Below are positions 26,318 to 38,240 of a stretch of DNA of 64,000 bases, one piece after another (position 1 is the stretch's first letter; every line of letters begins with the position of its first letter). Position numbers and translations under genes: made by a program. The notes beneath the pieces are model-generated. The model did not search any database. It saw only the letters and a list, made by a program, of their open reading frames with translations, and was not told the DNA's origin. This DNA is from Octopus vulgaris (lineage: Eukaryota), in NCBI GenBank assembly GCA_951406725.2, contig OX597817.1, forward strand, positions 161,200,001 to 161,264,000. Direction: 5' to 3'.

Positions 26318-26909
26318 AGCAGGAAGTTCCTATCATTGAACTATGGGCAGTCCCAGGTGGGTTAGTATCAAAAGGATCAAAGGTTATGGTTAATATGATT
26401 ATCCTGACACTTAGCCATTTTTTTCTTTTTACATTTTGGTACCATCTGCTTTATAAAAGAAGAGGTTTAGCAGCATAAAAATTCTTTGAACTGCCGCTTT
26501 GTCAGATGGCATTTAACTTCTGTATAACCTTCCAACATCAAAAGATTCCTCATCTCTTGTGTACTCTTTCACTAACAATACAACAGTGCCTCTAGCTTTA
26601 AGCAGTTACCACAGCCTGTGAAATGCAGTTCTGGAAGGTAATATTTGATTGAAGTACTTCAACAGAGAGTCTCATTGGATGGCCATGGCAAGGGGTGATT
26701 GTAGAAAGAGTGAAGTGATTTTAGTTAAAGGTGGTACAGTGTTGCCAAGTTTGCATGGGAGAGAAAGCTTTTGGAATAATTTCAAAGAACTGAAATTTGT
26801 TTTCCTTGGTTACGTTGAAGGAAGTGGTGATATTGTTATAATTGTTAAAGGTCTTCCCTCATGGGTGTACCACATTTTGCTCCTTATTGAAATTGCTGTT
26901 TTAATAACG

Positions 26910-28440
26910 AGTTTTTGTTGAATTGTGTTTTTCTTCCCATTTATGAGAGAACTGGCAAAAAGAAGCGTAATGGAGACTGAACCAGCAAATAGCAACGGTT
27001 ATGTGACTGCAACAGGTAGAGGGATAGAAATAGAAGCTTTGGAGGTTCAAGAAGTTAAAATTGAGCCAAAACAGCTGAAAAAATGCGGCAAGCTGTTAGA
27101 AAAGGAAGGCCACAACCTTAAATTGACTCTCCCGCTTGAGTTAGCAAATGGAGTGAAAAAATGAACAGTAATATGCAAAATACTGAAAGTATCAACAAGG
27201 AAAATTGAAGTAGCAACCATAGAGGATATCGAGAAGTGTCCAAAAGAGGTCAAAAAGGTTACAACGTTTATAACAAGATGAAGAAGATATGGCACAGTGG
27301 AGGTGTGGTTCGCAAGTGAAGACGAAGCGATAAAGCACTCCACTGATGCCATAAAAACAGAAGAGTTGGTGCTCCTACCGATATACTGTGACAAGTGAGT
27401 TGTTAGAGTAAGAGGTGGGAAAAGTACCACCAGAATTGGATGAAATATGGCTGGTTGCTGCAGTCATGAACAGTATGGAGGAGGATGCGAATATCCTAAG
27501 AATGACAAGAACGTAAAGAGTCAACTGGTGGGGTAACGGAATCAAGATGGCAGTGTAGACCACTGTGAGTGACATGAATAAGATTCCAGAAGAAATTATA
27601 TTACCTGAAGATGTGAGATTAAGAGTGGTGGTGGAGAGCAGGCCTCCCACATGCTTCTTGTGTGGCGAGAAAGGCCACATGAAGGCAAGGTGCCCCCAGA
27701 GAGAAGAGAAAGAGCAACAAATGGAACAGTCTGAGGAGCAAGAGGGTGAATGACGTGGTAAAGGAGGATGAAAAGGAGACAACAGGAATAGAAGAGGAAT
27801 TTGAAGTGGTTATAAAAAGAAAGAGGAAGGAAAGAGTGGGCTCTTCGCTGGAGAGACAGAAAAAGAAAAAAAAGAAGCAGATAAGGGGACTGAGGAAGAA
27901 GTCGTAAAGGAGTTTGAAAAAGGGGTTGAGAAAGAGGTAGAAAAGAAGGTTATGGAAGATGAAGAGACAGAAGCTAGAATACTAGAAGATTTTTTTAACC
28001 AAGGAAATAGAACAGAAACGAGAAGAAACAGGTGACACTAACTGAAATGGAAGAAGTGGTGCCAGGAGTGAAACATGGTAAGCAAGCAGGAAGACGGAGA
28101 AAATGTAGTTGGAATTTCGTGACATATGCCAAAACTGTAAATACAGAAAAAATGATAACCAAACTGAAATCAGTTATAAGGGTTAAATTACCAAAGGAGA
28201 TGTATGGTGAAAATGTGAAAGCGATTTTAATCAACAAGGAAAAATATAGCAAGTTGAAGGAATAATGTAAAGTGGAACTACCAGGATTCGTGGTGGAGTT
28301 TGATGAACTACCACCAGTAGTAGAACTAAGTGAAATAGAGCCATACATAAGGTATTAAAAAAAAGAGAGTAAATTATTGTTTAAAAAAAAAAGGTGAAAA
28401 AAAGAGTAAACAAAATGATGCTAATAAGTAAAAAAAAAAA
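26910..28440 (+). mobile_element. Decayed L1/Tx1-type ORF1 (gag-like, CCHC zinc knuckle) ending in A-rich tracts, with no ORF2
   Basis: Broken frame from ATG 26970 to TAA about 28358; VRVRGGKVPPEL, VVVESRPPTCFLCGEKGHMKARCP (CX2CX4HX4C at 27652-27693), E/K-rich tail. Confidence 0.75.
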
Positions 28441-28517
28441 CACTGATAAAGATTATAAACTGAAAGTAAGAACATTCAAATGGTACTGCATGTGAGTGAG
28501 GTGCATGCAGCCATTTC

Positions 28518-28776
28518 ATCACCTGACTGGCATCCATGTTGGTGACACGTAAAAGGCACCAACCGATCGTGGCCGTTTGCCAGCCTCCTCTGGCACGTAA
28601 AAAGCACCCACTACACTCACGGAGTGGTTGGCGTTAGGAAGGGCATCCAGTTGTAGAAACACTGCCAGATCCGACTGGAGCCTGGCGCAGCCTCCTGGCT
28701 TCCCAGACCCCGGTTGAACCGCCCAACCCATGCTAGTATGGAAAACGGACGCTAAACAATGATGATGATGATGATT
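28518..28776 (+). mobile_element. RTE LINE 3' end
   Basis: GGTTGGCGTTAGGAAGGGCATCC...(GAT)n. Confidence 0.85.
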
Positions 28777-29465
28777 GTTCCATTTTCCATTTGTTATATG
28801 TTTTTTGTCCCCACTGTGGTGTTCTGTCTGTCCTTGTGTCGTCCTTCTCTGTGTATAAGCCTGAGTGCTCAAATAAAGAAAGTAGTCGACAGTGTTGGTC
28901 AACCGTATTGGTTACTGTGTTAGATCAACATGTGTTGGTTTAATATCGTACCTACATTTGAGTAGTATGGAGTGCATTCTGTGTAAACATACTAATTCTG
29001 TGTTAGGTTATATTAGATAACCTCAATCCAAATATTTATTTGGGTAATACTATTTTATACCCGTCTACACGCATATCATAATACTAAAGTATAAGTATAT
29101 TAAGTTCCAATAACTGGTCATTAGTATTGCTATGCCTAAGTGAAATCATTACACATGTGCCCGGACACGGATGCATGCACACACACATGCAATAATCTAA
29201 ATGAGGAAAAGAAAAATTCAAATTGATGTTATGATCGTTTCAGTAAACAGACACTTTTTATTTCTTATCACATATAAAGTTATGCAATACATACAATATA
29301 CGGAACATATGCAAGAAAATAAAATGAAATTTTTATTGTACATTTACATCTTCAGACAACATGATTTGAGACATAGTTGATCAGGGGATAATAATTTTCC
29401 CCTCAATTTTTATATTTGTGTAATCTTTTTTATACTTATAAATCCTTATCTTACCATATTCTTTA

Positions 29466-29496
29466 TTAACTAATCCTTCTTTATTTCATTTTGCAG
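29466..29496 (+). promoter_or_regulatory. Branch point, polypyrimidine tract and 3' splice site of the ASAP exon
   Basis: TTAACTAAT branch-like motif, then CCTTCTTTATTTCATTTTGCAG. Confidence 0.75.
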
Positions 29497-29569
29497 AGTC
29501 TTGATTATGACCGAAGTGGACTTACCAAGATGAAGAAGTCTATAAAAGCTTTGTATAATTCAGGCAGCA
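29497..29569 (+). CDS. ASAP1: Internal coding exon of an ASAP-family ArfGAP (BAR-PH-ArfGAP-ANK-SH3), N-terminal BAR segment
   Basis: Polypyrimidine tract and TTGCAG acceptor, then AGT CTT GAT...GGC AGC A and a GTAAGT donor; 73 nt, phase 0 to 1. Peptide SLDYDRSGLTKMKKSIKALYNSGS resembles human ASAP1 ALDQDRTALQKVKKSVKAIYNSGQ (from memory). Too short for the ORF track. ASAP1 vs ASAP2 orthology is not resolvable. Confidence 0.88.
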
Positions 29570-29914
29570 GTAAGTAATTCAATGTCTTTTATTTTTCTTT
29601 CTGTTTCTCATTCATTTTCTTGTTCTTGTTGTTTCATTCACTTCAGTTCATTGTTTGATAATTCACCACATGATGTGTTGGTATCCAATGAAATAGGATG
29701 AACGAAATTGTAATACGAAGAAGGTTCAGATTATATATAAAGAAACCTATAAACAAAGCAACATAGTATAAAAGTATAACATTGAACAAAAAAATATATA
29801 ATATTTATCTAAATATTTGGAGTGCTTGGGCTAGGTTTTTCTGTATGTGTATGAGACATTTTGGCATAGCTGTTCTGGCAATGCCTAGTATAGCATACCA
29901 GACATTTCTACATT

Positions 29915-29983
29915 ACTGCATGTACTTTATATGCACTTTCTGACAAGTTGTGGTGCACCTGAGCACTGTATACAATTAATTTC

Positions 29984-29990
<7 letters not shown>
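29915..29990 (+). mobile_element. Short LINE-like 3' tail (CR1/L2-like); other copies at 43600-43680 and 53235-53315
   Basis: Shared GACAAGTTGTGGTGCACCTGAGCACTGTATACAAT followed by an AT-rich tail. Confidence 0.45.
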
Positions 29991-30019
<29 letters not shown>

Positions 30020-30023
<4 letters not shown>

Positions 30024-30235
30024 ATCCAAACATGAAAACACAAAGGGAAAACACAACAACGTGAGGACATGGAACAAGTATAGTGTTATTGGACGCTCAG
30101 GAAAGGAAAGAAAGAAGGAGGATTTAACTTTTCGAGCGGAGCTCTTCGTCAGAAACATAGGAAAAGGAAAGATCCAAGGAAGGGAAGACGGAGGAAAAAT
30201 ATCGCCAACGATACACATGCGGTCACATATTGAAA
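30020..30235 (-). mobile_element. Penelope-like terminal fragment between (TA)n tracts; same family as 12450-12600
   Basis: Shared hammerhead and downstream CTTTCTTTCC..CCTGAG sequence. Confidence 0.7.
30122..30156 (-). ncRNA. Minimal Penelope-type hammerhead motif
   Basis: Minus strand GTTT-CTGACGA-A-GAGC-TCC-GCTC-GAAA-AGTT-AAAT. Confidence 0.65.
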
Positions 30236-30248
30236 TATATATATATTT

Positions 30249-30399
30249 TGGCGTTAGGAAGGGCATCCAGCCGTAGAAACACTGCCAGATCAGACAGGGC
30301 CTGATGCAGCCTTCTGGTTTCACAGACTCCAGTTGAACCGTCCAACCCATGCTAGCATGGAAAGCGGATGCTAAATGATGATGATGATGATGATGATGA

Positions 30400-30403
<4 letters not shown>
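30249..30403 (+). mobile_element. RTE LINE 3' end
   Basis: TGGCGTTAGGAAGGGCATCC...CCATGCTAGCATGG...(GAT)n. Confidence 0.85.
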
Positions 30404-30455
<52 letters not shown>

Positions 30456-30661
30456 TAATTATGAGCAAGGACACAGTATTTTGCTTTACCATTGTAATAT
30501 ACTGTCAAGTGCATTACAGTTTTACAAGTCAATATGTTGTCTTACTTTTTGTGTGAGCAGTGCAATATTCTCATTTTAAAGATTATTGCTTTAGATTTTG
30601 TACAGAATTCAGAACTAACACTGTAAGTTATGATGTTTCATTACTTCGAAATTTCCCCCAA

Positions 30662-30711
30662 GACACCTGATGAAGCCTGGAGGGTATAAATATCAGCTGA
30701 AACGTTGTGTT
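30662..30711 (+). ncRNA. Minimal hammerhead ribozyme motif with intact core, in a Penelope-like fragment of about 30600-30800
   Basis: GACAC-CTGATGA-AGCCTGG..CAGCT-GAAA-CG-TT-GTGTT: stem I GACAC/GTGTT, palindromic AACGTT in place of stem III, GUU triplet. Confidence 0.7.
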
Positions 30712-33700
30712 AACAACAAACAAGATGAGGACAAATATCCGTCAGTTGTAAATAATGCAAATAATGTACATACTTCCTCATCTCTTAAATATAGAACTGA
30801 ATGCATGATTAATTGTAAACTGTGAGTAAGTAAGCATTCCATTTGACAGAGTAATCTAAATACCAAAGATAGTCAGGTGTAATTTGCAAGAGAGTTTGCT
30901 GCTATTTCTAGCAGGTTGAGCTAATTTGCAATGCCTCATGGTGGTGATCATGGTGGTGGTGGGAGGGTTTACTAGTGCAGTGATGGTGATGGCGACATTG
31001 GGGATGGTAATAGTGGTGATGGTGGTGGCAGTGATATTGGGGATGGTTGTGGTGGTGGTAGTGATGTTGATGAGGACGGTAGTGGTGATGGTGGAGGTGT
31101 TTGTTAGCTGTGGTTGTGATGATATTAGCAGCGGTGGTGGTGGTGGTGGTTGTGGTGCTACTGTGGCTGCTGGTGATGATGGTGGAGGTGGTGGAGATGG
31201 TGCTGCTGCTGTGGCTGCTAGTGATGATGATGATGGTGGTGGTTGTAGTGGTGGTGGAGGTGGCACTGCTGCTGCTGCTGCTGTGGAAGTAGGTGGTGAT
31301 GGTGGTGGTGGTGGTGTTGGTGAGAGAAGATGGTTTGTGAAGATTTTGGATACGATGGCAACAACCGATGAACCCCTTCCCTCTCCACTCCTGCCCACCA
31401 CCACCAACAACTATTCTCAGAACCACCTCCCAACCAAAACTTCTTCAACTCTCACCCACCATCTACATCTCCCTCACACTGCCACCCTCACATTCTACCC
31501 CCCTTCCCTCACAGCTTCCTCTCAACACCATCCCCCCTCACTACCACCTCCCATCACCGTTGCCAGATTTTTATTTTCTTAATGAGTCACAATTAGTTAA
31601 TTTCCGTCCCATCAACTCATTGCTGCACTGGTTTGCAGTCATTCTGCACACGGTGCATGTGTCAGTCTTCGTGTGGGGATATGAAGCATGAAGATGCACT
31701 GCTTTAGGTGTGTCTACGTGTGTGTGTGTGTGTAGTGTGTCACTCTGAACTCTTTTTGGAACTGTGTCACTTAAGTTTAATTAATAATAAACTGGGGAAT
31801 GGCATCAATATCACACACTCACATTCTCCCACAAACTAAATTTTGTACTTATGTCAGAAATTATCATTAATTTTATTATTATTAATTTTATAAACTTATT
31901 ATTGTTATCATCATCATCATCATGTGGTTGACTTTGCCTTTCATCCTTTTGGGGATTGATAAAATAAGTACTAGTTGAGTACTGGGGGAAATGCAATCAA
32001 CTTACCTCTACCCAAAATTTCTGGCCTTATACCAAAATTTGAAATCACCATCATCATCATTATTATTATTATTATTATTATTATCGTTGGTTGATGGCAG
32101 AATTGTTTGAATATTGAATACAATATTTGTTTACATTCTTTTTACATCCAGTGTTGAAGACTTGAAATATAGAACTTTGCATTTTGTTCCTTTAGAGTTA
32201 ATAAAATCCATGCTATTGAAGCACTGGGGTCCATTAAATTAACTATACATCTTTCCCAAATTTCTTGCTTTGTGTCAATCAGTGCAAGAAGTCCTTCAGG
32301 ATAAGTTGGTAAGCTTGCAGTTAGGTGTTTGGTGAAAGAAATTCATGCAGACCAGTAGTTTTCATCTCAGAACTGTGGCTCCTGTTAAGGTATCCAGAGT
32401 CTGGTTTGGGAAAAGTTGTGAGCAGGAGTGTTCAATATTACTCAGAATTTCTGAATTTCTGAGAGAAAAAATTGCTCCTCATTGATTGTAGAGTTTACTA
32501 CCATCTGTATCACTTCTGTGGTATTCTACTGCTTGTTTATCCTATCTTGCAGGAAACATTCAACCAAATTAGAGCATATGCACTTTCACTTTTGTGACAG
32601 GAGGGACAGATTCCTCTGTTCAAGAGATTCTTCTGCTATTAATTCCCTCTTCAATGGTGATGGGGGGTGGGGGCTTAGGATGTTGTGTCTGACGAAGTGC
32701 AGGCATTAGCTGAGGCTGCAATTTCTGCATCATTTAACTTTCACTAGCACTCACTACACTCTCGGAGTGGTTGCCGTTAGGAAGGGCATCCAGCTGTAGA
32801 AACTCTGCCAGATCAAGATTAAAATCTGGTGCAGCAATCTGGTTCGCCAGACCTCAGTCAATCGTCCAACCCATGCTAGCATGGAAAGTGGACGTTAAAG
32901 GATGATGATGAAGATGATGCTTGCATGGGTCAGACGGAATTTGTTGAGGTGGATTTTCTGTGCCCTGATGACCTTCATGTTACCAACCATTACCTGTTTA
33001 CAAACAAGGTAATAGTTCTCAAAATCAGACATGTTTCCATGGAAGATTGGAAACAAAGGACGCACAACTTGGGTGATAGTGATATTAATTTCACAACTAT
33101 CACATGAAGTCAAAGCGAAGAGTAACACACACATGCTCCCTCTCTCTCTCTCTCACTACTGCTTGACAACCAGTGTTGGTTTGTTTACATTGTTATAACT
33201 TACTGGTTCAGTAGAAGAGACCAATAACATAAGTGCTAGGCTTATAATAAAAAAAAAAGTAAGTACTAGAGTTAAAGATAAAAAAGGTTATCTTTAAAAG
33301 ATAAAAGATAGATTTTTCTGAGCCATGTCACACCAGACAACAGCCTTTTGAAGACAATGATGATGATGACGATATCGTTGATAATGATGTAACAATGCTG
33401 ATGATAGTAAAGATGCTGATAATGATAATGACAACAATTATGAAAATGGTGATGATGATGATGATAATGATGTTACTGCTGACAATGATAACTATAATGG
33501 TGATGATGATGATGATGATGCTAATGGTTGGTAATGATGATGATAATGATGATTATCATAATGATAACAGCGGCAGTGATGATGAAGATATCAACAATTT
33601 CTCCTGACTGTGATGCTAATAAGAAATACCATTCCTTTAGCAATTTTCCTACCCTCCCCCACTCTTATTACCTCTAATTCTAGATGCATTTTTTTTTCAA

Positions 33701-34104
33701 AACAAATCCCACCTCACCGTTCCTCCCAGTTACTCCTGTCCCTGTTGACACGTATGCACAAGCTGCAATTAGGATACAAAAATAAATAAAATTAAATAAT
33801 ATTCACTATATGTAAAAAAAAAAATAAAATTTTGTGAATCAACCGGATATTGAACCTGTGTCACTTAGGTCATCATAACTGTAGGCAGGTTTATCAAGCC
33901 GACAACTGTGTGTTGATTTTTATTATTATTATTATTATAACTGTAATTATCAGTAGGTTTCATTATTATCCAAATTCTTCTTCTACTTCTCCTCCTCCTC
34001 CTTCCTCACTCTTCTTCTTTTCTGCTTTTCTTCTTCTTCTTCTTCTCCTCCTTCCTCACTCTTCTTCTTTTCTGCTTTTCTTCTTCTTCTTCTTCTTCTT
34101 CTTC

Positions 34105-34147
<43 letters not shown>

Positions 34148-34399
34148 TGTTGTTATAGTTTTGGTATCAAATGACAACTCTATAATTGTAACATGTTCTT
34201 CCCTGTAAATCAGTTCAGGTTTTCTTTTTCATTTTCTTTTTTTTTTAGCAGAAAATTTCTCGAAATTTCCTTGCAATTTCCTCGCGTATGTAACAGACAG
34301 ACAACATTCCCATCCCCTACCCAACCTCTATTGTAGTAACAGTAGCAGCAGCATCAATCAATAACATCACTTCTCACCTCCTGACAATCACAGATCAGC

Positions 34400-36350
34400 A
34401 CTATTATAAAGACACTCCTGCTGCTGCTGTAACTGTTGTTCCAAGAACTGTGGTGACCAAGTTAATAGGGTACTGCACAGACAATCAAGGGCCCAGTAAT
34501 ATTATATCAGCTGTGCACTTTGTGTAACTAAGACGTTTAAATGTCAATGCTTGAGTTCACCTATTATTGATAAACTGGGACATGTTCATGTGATTCCAAG
34601 CAGATGTCTGAGGCTTTTCAGTGGCTCTTTGCTCAACTGTTTTGGGATGAGTCCTATACCAAAGACTGTAGTGGATTTTAGTGCCTGTCATGACGCTTGG
34701 TGGAGGCACATGGCATCGTGGTTAGAGCAACGGACTCGCGGTCGAGGGATCTCGGGTTCGAATCTCAGACCGGGTGATGTGTGTGTTTATGAGTGAAACA
34801 CCTAAGCTCCACGTGGCTCCGGTTGAAGGTATTGGCGAACTTCTGCTGACTCTCTCGCCACAACTTTCTCTCACTCTTTCCTCCTGCATCTTGCAGCTCA
34901 CCTGCGACGGACTGGCATCCCGTCCCGGTGGGGAACCCATGTTCCAAGGAAACTGGGGAAACCGGCCCTTATGAGCCAGACATGGCTCGAGAAGGAACAC
35001 TTTGTGGAGGATACAGAGTGCTGTAGGAGGTCAATAACAGCACACAGTAAATGGTTGTGCGAAGAGCAAATTGTATTGTTTGGATAGGCTGCCCTATCAG
35101 ATTTGCACACATGTGCCAAACTTGTTTACTGATATATCTACAGTGACTGGCAGTAGAACAGGAAAATACCCACTTCTGAGAGCTGAGGTGTGATAGCTCT
35201 GCTTAGGAAGGATGCTATCAAGAAAACCATTTCTGGCCCATAACTCTGCTGATGGCAGAATTTAAGAATTTGACTAAGGTGTTATCAAGATGTTGGTACT
35301 TGATGTGAGTTGTATAATCAGGGAAAATGCAAACCTGTGCCATCTCAGGTAGATCTGGTCATCTGAGCTATACCATAGACAGGCTGGATAACAAACCTAG
35401 CCTTAGTGGGGCTCTGATCAGTTTGGATCAATTGAAATCTATCAGTAGGGTTGACCATTGTTGCTTGGCAACTGTCCTCAGAGCAGTTGGTTTCAGTCCT
35501 GTTTTCAAAGGCTGGAACATTTCAATGTTGTATTCCAGCCCCTGACCAATATGTAGCCATTAACTCTGACCACTGAGAAGATGCTTAGTGGTCATAGTTA
35601 ATGGCCACTCAGCTCATAAAGTTTGTCTTCTCCATTCCTTCTATGTTCTGTATGTACTGACTCCTGAATCATTGTAGGAACTGGAGGTGTCTGGAATGCA
35701 GGAGAGCTATGTGGGTATGTGAAGTTGATGTCATTGTAATAGCGTTGGACAGCACAGATGTCAAGGTGACTAGTACTGTTCTAAAGAAATATGAGGTGAT
35801 AATAAGAGCAAAGATTAACTTGGAGAAACTGACTGACTTGCAGCTGGGTACCTAGAGAGGCAAGTCTATACCATTAGCCAGCATTCTAGAACACTGAACT
35901 GATGAATCAGTTCAGCGGGATCAGATTTGATCCTTGTAAAAGTCAAACTGATATGATGAATGCCTCTATCACATGTGTCTTAATTTACCACTTGATTGCA
36001 ATGTATTGTCTCAGTTCTTGTCTGACCAGTTCCTTACAGAAGGGCTATATTCCACTAGTCAGACATTCCATGTACAAGACTCTGTGTATGAAGGGCTCAG
36101 TGTGCCAAGGCTGTCGATGTGCAGATATGTGTTAAGGTTGCAATATCTGCAGAGGTTCTTGAGTGGTGAGCAGGTTTGGTGGCCCTTTTTCAAGCATGTT
36201 CTTCCAAAGATTTTGTCTCACTCTCAGGAGGCACCTGTAAGCAAAGGAATGAAAATTGAAAGAAAACACTTATCCTTGGTGGTTTGGGTAATCTTAGATC
36301 TGTAGGGTTCCTTGATTGACTCTAGCTGGCATTCCTTTCCTCTGGGGACT
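34400..36350 (+). mobile_element. Decayed L1/Tx1-type ORF2 (RT) fossil, interrupted by a family C SINE
   Basis: PITLL, QTCAISGRS, GALISLDQLKSISRVDH, VLRAVGFSPVFKGW, VIVNG, LSPFLYVL, LRLQYLQRFL; many stops and frameshifts; left boundary uncertain. Confidence 0.8.
34701..35000 (+). mobile_element. SINE family C with probable target-site duplication CTT(G/T)GTGGAGG
   Basis: Head GGAGGCACATGGC...GGTTCGAATCTC; the flanking repeat overlaps the head. Confidence 0.85.
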
Positions 36351-36504
36351 GTATCACATACATGTATATGATGTATAACATCATTGATGTTCTTTCATTT
36401 TCATTGTAAACCCCACCAAATATTATAATTATAATTATTATTAAGGCAGCGTGTTGACGGAATTGTTAACATTGGACTAAATGCATAGTGACATTTCATC
36501 TACT

Positions 36505-36646
36505 CTTTTATTCGTTTGACTGTGGCCCTGCTGGAGCACCACCTTTAGTCAAACAAATCGACCCCAGGACTTAATCTTTATAAGCCTAGTTCATATTCTA
36601 TCAGCCTCTTTTGTCAAACCGCTACGATGGTGGGGGGACAAACACA

Positions 36647-36679
<33 letters not shown>

Positions 36680-36841
36680 CAGGCTTCTTTCAGTTTCCGT
36701 CTACTAAATCCACTCACAAGGCTTTGGTCGGCGGGAGGCTATAGTAGAAGACACTTACCCAAGGTGCCACGCATTGGGAACTGAACCCGGAACCATGTGG
36801 TTGGTAAGCTAGCTACTTACCACCCAGCCACCCCTGTGCCC
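36505..36841 (-). mobile_element. SINE family A with internal deletion
   Basis: Homology to other copies. Confidence 0.85.
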
Positions 36842-38240
36842 ATTTTGTTTATATGTTGACACTATTTAATGTACCACTTCTTTTTAAGACAGGGTATGAT
36901 TGGAAGGAGAGTTAACTATTATTTCCAACAAATTGAATAACCCCTTAGAGATTCCTCCATCAGCTAATTTTTTTTTTTTTGCGTGGGTGGGGGTTGGGGG
37001 TGTTGTGCATCTTGAGAGACATTTCTGTTCGAATTTCAAAACCTATTTCAGAATTACCAAGGGCTTCAGTTATGTTTGGGATTAATTTAGTTTTCATTTT
37101 CTACCATCCTTGATATTCCCAGTTGTTAGGGCCTTTTTGCAGACTAATTTTGTACAAGATTTATAGAACCTTTTGCTAGTTGCTAAATTCCATTTCCTCT
37201 TTACATCTAAGTATAATTTTAGTCGTCATCATCGTCGTCGTCCTCCTCCTCTCCTCATCCTCCTCGTCCTCCTCCTCCTAAAGCCAATAAATGGAGCACC
37301 AGTCAGATACTGGAGTTTATATAATCATATAATGCATGTATAAGTTATTATTCAATGAGTTTGCGGAGTCATGAGTGCACAGGACAAAATGCTTTGTGTA
37401 TTTGCCCTGGTTCTTCACATTCTGAATTGAAATCCTGCCAAAATAAACTACCAGTCAAGTACTGTGGTAGATGTAATCAACTAACCCCCTCCGCTTAAAA
37501 TTGCTGGCCCTGTACCAAAATGTGAAACTATTAATACTATTATTATTATTATTATAAAAGTGGTGACTTAGCTGAATCGTTAGCATGCCGGGCAAAATGC
37601 TTAACGGCATTTCAAAACACAACACGCTGGGCAGTTTGAGAATCGAACCCACAATCTAGTGATTGTGAGTATAACAGCCTAACCACACGATGGGTTTCCG
37701 CATAATTTTGCACCTACCAAATTCACATGCAAGGCCATAGTAGTAAACAGTTACTCAAGGTACCATGCAGTGGGATTGACCCCAAAATTGCATTGTTACA
37801 AAACGAACTTCTTAACCACACAACCGTGTCTGTTTTCTTTTCTTTTTTCTTTCATTCATTCGAAATATCCTTCATGGTATCGAGAGATGACTATGTAGCA
37901 TATGTGCTGTATTAGTTGTCATTGTACAGAATGGCAATTGTATTGAATGTGAGCTATTAAAGGGTGATTGTATATAATATGTGCTCTGTAAGTTGTGCTA
38001 TTGAATTGAATGGTGATTGTGTAAAATAAATGATGTGTGAATTCTGTTATTAAAATGTGTTATGTAGAAAGATGTGCTATCTTTTAGAATGGGTGCCAAG
38101 TTGCAAGTAATATTGTACTCGTGCTTTTGTCTGTGTCCTGTTTACGTTTGTTTTTTAAACATACCTAGTACTGTAATCATAATTACCATTGGTGCGGTAT
38201 TTACTTTCACACTTGCTTATTGTCGTCATCATCATTATTA

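Noticed and set aside
34249-34285. Candidate micro-exon (TTTTTTAGCAG acceptor, GTATGT donor)
   Set aside because: 34 or 37 nt, not frame-preserving, no ASAP similarity; cannot be supported without RNA data
26970-36350. ORF1 fossil and ORF2 fossil as one full-length L1/Tx1 element
   Set aside because: They are 6 kb apart with the host ASAP exon between them, and ORF1 has its own A-rich end
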